The notes under the pieces: generated by a model
Seen by the model: the letters and a program-made list of their open reading frames with translations, nothing else
Databases searched by the model: none
What the model was told of the DNA's origin: nothing
In this document: piece by piece, positions 27,419 to 35,874 of the stretch
Layout of the letters: each line of letters starts with the position of its first letter
Position numbering within the stretch: the first letter of the stretch is position 1
Assembly: GCA_965223845.1 (NCBI GenBank)
Contig: CBDCXR010000004.1
Location: forward strand, 2,080,001-2,144,000
Source of the DNA: Planctomycetota bacterium
GTDB lineage: Bacteria > Planctomycetota > UBA8108 > SXIK01
DNA length: 64,000 nucleotides
Direction: 5' to 3'
Made by a program: the position numbers and the translations under genes

Positions 27419-28750
27419 ATGGCGATGCTTCGGTGTTCGACTGCAAGCCGATTCCTGCGCCGACTCCTCGCGCTCGTGCTTCTCGCGGCGTCTGTCGCCG
27501 GTTGTGCCTCTCCGCCGCGGGCGTATCGCGATCGGCCGAACGTCGTCTTCATCCTCGCGGACGACGTCGGCCAGGAGGTCATCGGTGCGTACGGCGGCAC
27601 GTCCTACCCGACGCCGCGAATCGACGCGCTCGCAGCGAGCGGACTGCGGTTCGAGCACGCGTACGCGATGCCGGTCTGCCACCCGACGCGAGTGACACTC
27701 CTCACCGGACGCTATCCGTTCCGGCTCGGAAATTCGAAATGGGGGACCTTTCCCGAGCACGCCGAGCGCGAGACGATCGCCCACGCGCTCCGCGACGCTG
27801 GCTACGCGACGGCCGTCGCCGGGAAATGGCAGCTCACACTCCTCAAAGACGACGTCGGACACCCGCACCGTCTAGGATTCGAAGAGTACTCGCTCTTCGG
27901 TTGGCACGAAGGGCCGCGCTATCACGATCCACTCATCTGGCAGAACGGATCCATTCGCAGCGACGTCGCGGGACGCTACGGCCCGGACGTCTACACCGAG
28001 TTTCTCATCGAGTTCATGGAGCGGAATCGCGATCGTCCGTTCTTCGCTTTTTACTCGATGGCGCTCTGTCACGACGTGACGGACGACCTCGACGAGCCCG
28101 TCCCCTTCGGACCGCACGGCCGGTACGACAGCTACGCAGAGATGGCCGCCGCCATGGACGAACGCGTCGGGCGCATCGTCGATTCGGTCAATCGACTTGG
28201 ACTGAGCCGAAACACCGTGATCATCTTTACTGGCGACAACGGCACGGCGCGCCGATCGATCATCGGCGTCGAGGATGGGAAGCTCGTTCGCGATCCGGTT
28301 TCCTCGATGCGCGGAGGGGTCGACATTCCGGGAGGGAAGGGTCAGCTCACCGACGGCGGGACGCGTGTTCCACTCATCGTGAAATGGCCCGGCGTCGCTC
28401 CCGCGGGCGAAGTGACGAATGCGCTCGTCGACTGTAGCGACTTCTACGCGACGTTTCGCGCGCTCGCGGGAATCTCCGCTGCGCCCGAGGGGATCCACCT
28501 CGACGCCGTCAGCTTCGCGGACGTGTTGACGAGAGGCGCGAGTGGCGAACGACAGTGGGTGTACGCCGAGCGAGGCGACACCTGCTGGGTAAGAACGCAC
28601 CGCTGGAAGCTCTACCGCGACCACCGTCTGTTCGACGTATCGACGGATAAAGAGATCTCGGCGGATCCGACGAATGCCGACGCGGAGCGCGCACGCACGA
28701 TCCTCAACGCGGCGCTCCGCGAGCTGCGGGGCGGGGCGACGGAGTTTTGA
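27419..28750 (+). CDS. Arylsulfatase-family sulfatase (probable lipoprotein)
   Basis: PNVVFILADD, CHPTR (CxPxR formylglycine motif), LLTGRY, GKWQL, GDNG, GTRVP; lipobox VAGC. Exact start uncertain. Confidence 0.9.
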   Translation: MAMLRCSTASRFLRRLLALVLLAASVAGCASPPRAYRDRPNVVFILADDVGQEVIGAYGGTSYPTPRIDALAASGLRFEHAYAMPVCHPTRVTLLTGRYPFRLGNSKWGTFPEHAERETIAHALRDAGYATAVAGKWQLTLLKDDVGHPHRLGFEEYSLFGWHEGPRYHDPLIWQNGSIRSDVAGRYGPDVYTEFLIEFMERNRDRPFFAFYSMALCHDVTDDLDEPVPFGPHGRYDSYAEMAAAMDERVGRIVDSVNRLGLSRNTVIIFTGDNGTARRSIIGVEDGKLVRDPVSSMRGGVDIPGGKGQLTDGGTRVPLIVKWPGVAPAGEVTNALVDCSDFYATFRALAGISAAPEGIHLDAVSFADVLTRGASGERQWVYAERGDTCWVRTHRWKLYRDHRLFDVSTDKEISADPTNADAERARTILNAALRELRGGATEF

Positions 28751-28882
28751 TCCGGTCGCTCGGGAATTCGAGTAGACTAGAACGCCTTCGTTCGCAGCGC
28801 GCGCCTTCGAGCGTCCTACAACGAGGCGTTGTGGACACCCGCCCGGCAAATCTCCAGCACCTAACGCTTTTCGGATCGAATC

Positions 28883-29812
28883 ATGCCTCGAGTAAGCTCG
28901 AACTCCGCCCTCAGCATCCTCGTCCTCACGATCGTTCTCCTTGTCGGTAGGGCGGCTGTCCACGCCCAATCGGATCCACGGGTTCTCCTCCTCGGTGACA
29001 GCTGGACACTCGAAACGGCGATCTTCGAATCGATCGAGAACGCGTTCGCGAAGCACGAAATCGACGCCGAAGGAGCGGTGTTCCGCGATGGTACGACGGT
29101 GAACGGCCTCACGGCCGAGGCGCTCGCTGGTGGTAACGTCCTCGAGAGAGCCGTCCGAGCGCTGAACGAGAACCCCACCATCGACATGGTGCACCTGAAC
29201 GTCGGCGGGGCGGATTTTCTCTCGTTCTATAACGGGGAGCGCACCGACGAGGAGTTCGCAGAGTTCAGCGCGTCGCACGTAGAGCACATGCGGACCATCC
29301 TCGCCGCGCTCCTCGACGTTCGGCCGACCATTCGCGTCCTGATCGTCGAGTACGAGTTCCTCCCCATCCTTCTGCCGGATGTCGAGGATTTCGCCGCACA
29401 GCACGTCGCATTCGCGACGTTCGCACGAACACGCATCGACATCGCAAACGAGTTCCCGCGCGCCCACTACTTAGCGAACATGGGACTCTTCCACGCACGC
29501 TTCGGCTTCCCCCCGCACTTCGAAGCGGGAGAGACCCCGTGGCCGGGACAGGCGCCCGACTACGATCCGCTCCCCGGCGGCGATCCGAACTTCGGCGGTG
29601 ACGAACGCTACTGGCGGGACGGCACGCACCCGAACGAGGAGGGCTACGGGGCGCTCGCGGAGCACGCGGTCGACACGTACTATCGGGAGTGGTACTTGAA
29701 TCCGCTTCGGCAGGTAGCGATTCCAGCGCTCGGCCCCTTCGGACTCGCCGCGCTGGCGGCGGGCGCGATCGGGCTCGGGGCGGGGGTGCTGCGGCGACGA
29801 CGCGTGGACTGA
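28883..29812 (+). CDS. Secreted SGNH/GDSL hydrolase with IPTL-CTERM-like sorting tail
   Basis: LLGDSW and DGTHPN motifs; C-terminus IPALGPFGLAALAAGAIGLGAGVLRRRR. Confidence 0.75.
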   Translation: MPRVSSNSALSILVLTIVLLVGRAAVHAQSDPRVLLLGDSWTLETAIFESIENAFAKHEIDAEGAVFRDGTTVNGLTAEALAGGNVLERAVRALNENPTIDMVHLNVGGADFLSFYNGERTDEEFAEFSASHVEHMRTILAALLDVRPTIRVLIVEYEFLPILLPDVEDFAAQHVAFATFARTRIDIANEFPRAHYLANMGLFHARFGFPPHFEAGETPWPGQAPDYDPLPGGDPNFGGDERYWRDGTHPNEEGYGALAEHAVDTYYREWYLNPLRQVAIPALGPFGLAALAAGAIGLGAGVLRRRRVD

Positions 29813-29878
29813 GCTGGCCCCCGAACAGTTTACGAGAGAGTCTCGACCGCTCACGCGAGATCGTCGAGAGTTGGAGAG

Positions 29879-30226
29879 ATGGCCAGATACGCGGCCAAGC
29901 TATTGTTTCAGTTCCGGGTCGACGTCGACGGAGATCCTGGAAAACGCCGGCTTTGCGAGGAGCGTATCGTGAACTTCTCGGCTCGCTCGTCGCGAGAAGC
30001 ACTCACAAAGGCGAAGCGACGCGGCAAGAACGCGGAGGACGCGTACCTGAACGGCGACGGGAACACCGTGTATTTCGAGTTCGTCGGGACGATGGATCTA
30101 CTCGAGCTCGGCCTCGAGACCGAGGCCGACGAAGTGTGGTACGAGATGCGCCACCGAATGCGCCCGATGGAGAGACGAAGCGAAATCCTACCGACGGACG
30201 ACGAACTACTTCGTTGCCTCCCCTAA
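29879..30226 (+). CDS. DUF4288-like small protein
   Basis: YAAKLLF...EERIV..ARS..EA..KA...Y.N.DG..V..EFVG..DL...EVW pattern; GGAG RBS. Confidence 0.65.
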   Translation: MARYAAKLLFQFRVDVDGDPGKRRLCEERIVNFSARSSREALTKAKRRGKNAEDAYLNGDGNTVYFEFVGTMDLLELGLETEADEVWYEMRHRMRPMERRSEILPTDDELLRCLP

Positions 30227-30275
30227 GCGACCCGCATCCGCTTCACCGTTAAGTCACCCGCATCCGCTTCACCGT
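30224..30275. repeat. 26-bp tandem duplication of the aldo/keto reductase 3' end
   Basis: TAAGCGACCCGCATCCGCTTCACCGT followed by TAAGTCACCCGCATCCGCTTCACCGT (2 mismatches). Confidence 0.9.
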
Positions 30276-31340
30276 CTCCGACCCGTATGCCGCTGCCGAA
30301 AACTCCGCGAGGATCGCCTTGTCCTCCGGGGTCACCGCGATCGATCCACGGAGGATCTTTCGGTTCGCCTCGACGTCGCTCGGGAGCGAGAGTCCGATGT
30401 TGAGCATCGACACCCGGCGGTCACTCGCGACCCATCGGAGCGCCGCGGCGGGCATCTTGCGGCGCTTCGCTTCGTCGAACTCGCGGACGACGCGCAGCGA
30501 GTTGTGGCTCATGATGCTCGCGCCGAAGATCTTCATCGCGACGATCGCCATGCCGAGCTCGTGCGCCTTCGCGAGGCAGAGGTCGCGGAGCTCGACGGAG
30601 CGCGGCGAGAGCATCGTGTCCATGCCCTTTCGGAAGTAGCCGTAGGCGAGGAGGACCTGGTCGAAGCCTCCCGTCGCGATCATCTTGTGAACGGTCTCAA
30701 ACGCGACGTGGGTCGTGAGGCCGATGTGCTTACAGAGCCCTTCGTCGCGGAGTTTCACCATCGCCGCGTGGATCTCCATCGAGCGCTTGAAACCAACCGC
30801 TTCGATCGCGGGGCTGTGGATCTGAAGGCAGTCGACGTAGTCGGTCTGGAGATCCTCGAGACTCTTTTCGAGGCTCGCGCGAACGGCCGACGGATCGGGA
30901 GTGTGGGCTTTCGTTGCGAGGAAGATGTTCTTTCGGTCGCCCTTCAGTGCGCGGCCGAAGATCGTCTCGCTCTCACCGTAGACCCGCGCGGTGTCGAAGT
31001 AGCGCACGCCGGCGTCGTACGCGGCGCGAACCATCGCGACGCGCTCGTCCATCGACGGAAGGGGGACCCCGTATCCGGCGATGAAGCGCTGAACCATCGA
31101 CGAGCTTCCGATGCCGAAGATCGGGAGCGTCCGTCCCGTCTTGCCGAAGCGCCGGAGCGGGAGACCACTCGCCGGATCGCGCGGGTCGTTGGTCGCGGGT
31201 TTCGCGGCCGTTTCGTCGCCCGTCTCCGCGTGGCCGGATCCGGTGAACCCCAGCGTCCCCGCGGTCGCGATTCCCGCGGTGAGAAACTCTCGGCGCCCGA
31301 CTCCCCGTCCGCGTCCCGCGGTCTCGTCTCGCTCGGTCAT
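30249..31340 (-). CDS. Tat-exported aldo/keto reductase
   Basis: GRREFL Tat motif; RRFGKTG, YFDTARVYG, FLATK, SLEDLQTDYVD..QIH, IGLTTH, AMK. Confidence 0.88.
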   Translation of the reverse strand: MTERDETAGRGRGVGRREFLTAGIATAGTLGFTGSGHAETGDETAAKPATNDPRDPASGLPLRRFGKTGRTLPIFGIGSSSMVQRFIAGYGVPLPSMDERVAMVRAAYDAGVRYFDTARVYGESETIFGRALKGDRKNIFLATKAHTPDPSAVRASLEKSLEDLQTDYVDCLQIHSPAIEAVGFKRSMEIHAAMVKLRDEGLCKHIGLTTHVAFETVHKMIATGGFDQVLLAYGYFRKGMDTMLSPRSVELRDLCLAKAHELGMAIVAMKIFGASIMSHNSLRVVREFDEAKRRKMPAAALRWVASDRRVSMLNIGLSLPSDVEANRKILRGSIAVTPEDKAILAEFSAAAYGSETVKRMRVT

Positions 31341-31696
31341 ACGAGTGTCCTTCGGTTCGAGTTCGATTCGATGCCCGGACAATGAACGCGCGCCGCGCGC
31401 TCGGGACGACAAGCGGCGCCATCTTATCCCGCACCTCCGCTCTGATTCTATGCTCGCTCCCCTCGCGAAGTCCGGGACCAGGCTCCACCGCGCTAAACAG
31501 AGCTACGTCTACCGAGATTGAGGAAATCGCGAAACTTGGAGCGAGAGCTTCTCGAACCGCAAGGGGATGGCCTCCGCTCGAGCCTTCGTACGCGCAAGAA
31601 CGTTGTAACGGCCCGGCGGCGACCGCACGCCGTCGTTTCACTCGAAGGCTGGTGTTCGTCGCGGCGCGCTGCGCGAAGGTGACCGCTCGGGCGGCC

Positions 31697-32599
31697 TCAG
31701 TCGCCGCCTACGCGCGAAGCGATCTCCTCGGCGCGTCTCGTCGCCTCTTTCGCCGGGTTCGTGACACCTGCGGCGGTCGCCTGGCGCGCCACATTTCGAT
31801 AGGCCGCGAGGCCCGCCGGGTCACCGTCGCGCTGGTGGATCAAGTAGGCCTGGTAGAACATTCGATTCATCCGCTCCTGCGGATTGTTCGCGAGCTCGAC
31901 GGACTCGGTGATGTGCTCGAGCGCAGAGTCGATCTTTCGCGAGTGCTTTTCGAGCATCGCGAGAGAGTAGAGGTCTCGGCCACGGTTCTCCGGAAACTTC
32001 CGCATCATCTCTTCGTGAAGCCAAATCGCTTTCGCCGGGTATCCAGCCTGACGGAAGGCGTCGCGCGCCTTCGCCATGAGATCGCGGGTGTCCGGGTGAT
32101 CGGGGTGCGCTTCGAGAAACGAAAGGATGCCGTTCGCCCCGACGGCGAACTTCTTCGCGGCGAGAAGCTCATCCGCGACCATGTAGCCGTCCTCCGAACG
32201 AAACTGCTCCTCGCGCTTCTCCCGCAGCTTCGCGAACGCGAGCTCGTCGTTCATCTCCTTCATCGACGCGAGCGTCTTCTCGAGTCCGTCGATGCGGGCG
32301 AGGACCTCGTCGAGCCGCCCCGCCAAACCTCCGCCGGCCGCGCCGCCGTCACCCGGTGCGGGAACGGCGTTGTTCCCGAGCGTCCGCGAGCGCTGGTCGA
32401 GCGCGATCGAGAACTCGTCGACGTCAGCTCGGAGGTCACCGATGGCATCGAGAAGCGGAGCGAGAACCGCGTCGCCGTCATCGACGCCGGTGAATTCGAC
32501 CGTCGGGACGGAGTTTCTTTGGTCGAGCAAGATCGCGATCGTGCTGGCGTTGCCCACGATGACGATCGCGATGACGAGCGCGGCGGCAGTTTTACTCAC
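31697..32599 (-). CDS. Membrane-anchored coiled-coil/TPR-like protein
   Basis: N-terminal hydrophobic helix, heptad-like segment, helical repeats (FLEAHPDHP, MRKFPEN). Confidence 0.6.
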   Translation of the reverse strand: MSKTAAALVIAIVIVGNASTIAILLDQRNSVPTVEFTGVDDGDAVLAPLLDAIGDLRADVDEFSIALDQRSRTLGNNAVPAPGDGGAAGGGLAGRLDEVLARIDGLEKTLASMKEMNDELAFAKLREKREEQFRSEDGYMVADELLAAKKFAVGANGILSFLEAHPDHPDTRDLMAKARDAFRQAGYPAKAIWLHEEMMRKFPENRGRDLYSLAMLEKHSRKIDSALEHITESVELANNPQERMNRMFYQAYLIHQRDGDPAGLAAYRNVARQATAAGVTNPAKEATRRAEEIASRVGGD

Positions 32600-32689
32600 G
32601 GTTCACTCCTCAGAGACCTGCGTTTCCTGTCCCCGTCAATTGTGGCTCCCGCGTCCTCTGTCGTCACTCTCGAGTTCGGACAGGAGCCG

Positions 32690-33388
32690 TCAAAACTCCT
32701 CGGTTTCTCCCACGACGACGACCCCGAGCCGTACCGGTTTTTCGTCTTTCTTTCGATTCGGGATCTTGCAGTCGAGCACCCAGAACTCTCGTTCTTCGTC
32801 TTCCTCGAGCGCCGGCTTTTCCTTCGGTTCGCTGAAGAGCCGGACGAGATAGAGAATGGCGGGGTGTTTTCGGCCGGAGACCTTCGTCGCGAGCTCGAGG
32901 AGGTCCTTCGCCGGTACCGGCCTGGGCGACTTGTCCTCTTTCGCTGCGCAGAGGAGCAGAAAGTCTCTAGTCTCAGAGACGCCCTGGTGATCCCCGTCTT
33001 CGGGCTGCGTCGCCTTTCGTAGCGTTACGACCCCGGCGGGAAAGCGCCGACCGCGAAAGTCCTTCGTCCTTGCGTGGTAGCGCGCGACGGCGACGAGCGC
33101 GCCCTCGGGGATGGTCCCGAAGTCGACCCCGTCCACTGCGATGTCGGGCTTCCTCGTCTCGATCGTCCGGCGAAGCCAGAGATCGAGATAGGGCTTCCCA
33201 TCGGCGCCGACGATCCGGAGTCCCTTCGGCGAGATCTCGGCGCGGACCTCCTCTGAAATCGAGTCTTTCGGAACGGGCTCGTCGAGCGCCTTCAGCTGGT
33301 AGGCGTCTGCCGCGTGGACGGCAGTCAGCGTCGAAGCGAGAAGGACGAATCCGGCGCACGTGAGAGTCGGTCGGAGCTTTCGAGTCAT
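32690..33388 (-). CDS. Secreted hypothetical protein
   Basis: Signal peptide; DFRGRRFPAGVVTLR..QPEDGDHQGVS..RDFLLL and HPAI motifs; co-oriented with neighbours. Confidence 0.7.
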   Translation of the reverse strand: MTRKLRPTLTCAGFVLLASTLTAVHAADAYQLKALDEPVPKDSISEEVRAEISPKGLRIVGADGKPYLDLWLRRTIETRKPDIAVDGVDFGTIPEGALVAVARYHARTKDFRGRRFPAGVVTLRKATQPEDGDHQGVSETRDFLLLCAAKEDKSPRPVPAKDLLELATKVSGRKHPAILYLVRLFSEPKEKPALEEDEEREFWVLDCKIPNRKKDEKPVRLGVVVVGETEEF

Positions 33389-33524
33389 GGCAAGGTGTAC
33401 GGAACCGCAAGGGGTGAGCGGGGACGGAATCGGTCGAGGAGGGTGAGACGAGAACGAGCCGGCTCTCCTTCACCGCTACGGGTGAACGAGCACCGGCTCG
33501 CACGTAGGACGAACGGGATCCGAT

Positions 33525-34220
33525 TCAGATTTTGAACCGGCCGACGAGCGCACTCCGCGCGTTCGGACTACTCCAGCGAGGCCCGAGAGTCTTGCCGCGG
33601 TAGAAGTGAACGACCGTCTTCGCGCACTCCGCGCCCGTGGTCTTCGCGAGCGCAGGGTAGAACTGGTCTTCGTTCCCGCAGATGAGATCGCAGTGGGCGC
33701 GAAGCGGGGTCGTCTCGAGCTTCACGACCGGGTTTTTTCCAACCTGCACGGCGACGCGCATCCCCTCTCGCCGGTACGAGATCTCAGCCGACTTGACCTT
33801 GAGAATCCGCTTCGTGTACGCCGGTGCGAGGTTCTGAACGAGCCCGACGAGCGCTCGCCGCTGGGCTTTCGTGGCGCGTGAGTCGCAGTAGGCGACTCCG
33901 CGGACGGCCCCCTCGACATCCGTGCCGAGCGTTCCCTCGGCATCGATCGAGAGGACGATGACGAGTCCGTCGAGTCGCGTTCCCAACCACGAGCCGCGGT
34001 CGATCTTCCACGCGAGTACGGCGTGGTCGCCCCGCAGGTTCATCTCGCCGTTCGCAAAACACGGCCCGGTCCACACATCGCAGGTCCGCGCTTCGGCGTA
34101 CTCGCCGACGATCGTCGGTGTGGGCTCGGAGCCGACGAGCGACCCCGCCCCGAGTGCGATCGAGAGGACGGCTCCGCAAGAGACGAGCTGCTTCCAGCTC
34201 GGAGATGAGTTCAGATTCAC
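33525..34220 (-). CDS. DUF1326-like secreted Cys-containing protein
   Basis: GEYAEARTCDVWTGPCFANGE, AWKIDRG...LDGL, HCDLICGNE..FYP. GTG 34220 follows GGAGGA. Confidence 0.65.
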   Translation of the reverse strand: MNLNSSPSWKQLVSCGAVLSIALGAGSLVGSEPTPTIVGEYAEARTCDVWTGPCFANGEMNLRGDHAVLAWKIDRGSWLGTRLDGLVIVLSIDAEGTLGTDVEGAVRGVAYCDSRATKAQRRALVGLVQNLAPAYTKRILKVKSAEISYRREGMRVAVQVGKNPVVKLETTPLRAHCDLICGNEDQFYPALAKTTGAECAKTVVHFYRGKTLGPRWSSPNARSALVGRFKI

Positions 34221-34419
34221 GGGATCTCCTCCGTATCCGCAGGAATCGCGATCCCCAACTCGGGGAAGCACGCTCGGGCGTCCAGCGGTCCGAGCGGCAG
34301 ATTCAGCTATTCTCAGAAGAGACCGCCGAGCGATCAACCCCCGATTCCGCGCGCCGGCAGGACCGGGCCCACTGCCCGCGCGATCGACGGGCCGAGAACG
34401 CGGCCGGACTCGAGCGCGA

Positions 34420-34668
34420 TCAGGTCAGATCCGCCACGTCGACCGTCGTTTCGAAGCACGCGCGGCGCGCTCCGCACTCGCGCAGATTCACCGGGCGATC
34501 ATCGGGTCCGCGCCCCGTCTGCGTGCAGTCGCACCAGTACGCCGTCGTATCGGAAGACGACGACGGCACCTCGAGCTCGCGCGCCTCGTTCGGATCCAAG
34601 TCTTCGTAGAACATCTGCTTACACCGCAGGTGCAAGCACTTCTTTAGGTGGTCGAACCTCGTCGCCAT
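34420..34668 (-). CDS. Small Cys-rich protein (82 aa)
   Basis: CLHLRCKQMF...YWCDCTQTGRGPDD...EC..RRACF; AAGGA RBS upstream. Confidence 0.65.
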   Translation of the reverse strand: MATRFDHLKKCLHLRCKQMFYEDLDPNEARELEVPSSSSDTTAYWCDCTQTGRGPDDRPVNLRECGARRACFETTVDVADLT

Positions 34669-34819
34669 CGGAGTGTCCTTCCTCGAACTATGTCCCAAAG
34701 CCTAGCGTGTTTCGGCAGAACCAACCTTTGTCCCATGGGGTGAAACGGGCCGAAGTCGGGGTGAATCCGCGCCGCCCCGCCGTGCCGGCGAGGGGGCGTC
34801 GCGAACGCCGCCTCTAGGG

Positions 34820-35797
34820 CTAGTGCCAAGCTCCATTCGCCGCGACGAGAACCGCACGCTCAACCGCTGTCCGCGTCGCGGTGACTTTGTACGCGTTCTG
34901 GGAGAGCGGCTGCGCGCCCGCGACCGCCGCCGCGGCAGCCGCGCGAGCAACTTCGGCGGTCACGCGCTTGCCGCGGAGAGCGCTCTCGGCCCCGGTCGCC
35001 CGCTTCGGCGTCGGCGCGACTGCGCCGAGACACACGCGAGCGTCCTTGCAGGTGCCGAACGACATCTCGAGCGCGACGCTCGCGAGCGTGATCGGCCAAT
35101 CGTGCGCCGCCTTCTGCCGAACGTCGTAGGTGGCGCTGTTCGCGCGCGCGGGTCCGACGACGACACGGGTGACGATCTGATCCGGCCGCGCCACGTTTTC
35201 GCGCGTGACGTCGCTGCTCGGGGACGCAAAGAACGACTCGAGAGGCATGCGCGAGCTCCCGTTCGCATCGGCGAGCTCAACCTCCGCGCCGAGCGCGATC
35301 AGCGCCGGTGCCAAGCTCGATGGATGCACCATCACACAGGGGCTCGACGTGTCGAAGATCGCGTGAAACTCGTTCTCACCGGTCTTGGCGGGGCAGCCGC
35401 CCGCGCCCTTCTTCGCGCAGTCGAAGTTGCCGTGCGCGTAGTACCAACACGACGGCCGCGCGCAGAGGTTGCCGCCGACCGTCGCCCGGTTGCGAATTTG
35501 GGGCGTCGCGATCGCCGCCGCGGCTTGGTGGAGCGCCGGATAGTCGCGCGCGACCGCGGCGTTTTTGAGTAGCGCGGTGAGCGTCACGTTCGCACCGATC
35601 GACAAGCCGTCGCCGTCGGGAGCGACGCTGTCGAGTCCGCCGATCGACTTCAAATCGACGACGACGTCCGGCTCGACGACGTGTTCCTTCATGAGGTTGA
35701 GAAGGTTCGAGCCGCCCGCGAGGGCGACGGCGTTTCCGCCGAGAAGCTTCGAAGCCTGGGCCGCGCTCGTCGCGGCAGTGTACTTGAACGATTTCAT
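34820..35797 (-). CDS. Xanthine dehydrogenase-family FAD subunit (PaoB/YagS-like, with 4Fe-4S Cys motif)
   Basis: LAGGSNL, ATPQIRNRATVGGNL, RPSCWYY..DC.K....C...C..VHPS, LGAVAP, NAYK. Confidence 0.9.
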   Translation of the reverse strand: MKSFKYTAATSAAQASKLLGGNAVALAGGSNLLNLMKEHVVEPDVVVDLKSIGGLDSVAPDGDGLSIGANVTLTALLKNAAVARDYPALHQAAAAIATPQIRNRATVGGNLCARPSCWYYAHGNFDCAKKGAGGCPAKTGENEFHAIFDTSSPCVMVHPSSLAPALIALGAEVELADANGSSRMPLESFFASPSSDVTRENVARPDQIVTRVVVGPARANSATYDVRQKAAHDWPITLASVALEMSFGTCKDARVCLGAVAPTPKRATGAESALRGKRVTAEVARAAAAAAVAGAQPLSQNAYKVTATRTAVERAVLVAANGAWH

Positions 35798-35874
35798 GAT
35801 CTGTCTCGTGGTCTCGTGGCTGGGGATTCCTCAGGTCGGATTCCGAGGTCGAGGAGCGGCGCCGGAGCGCGACC

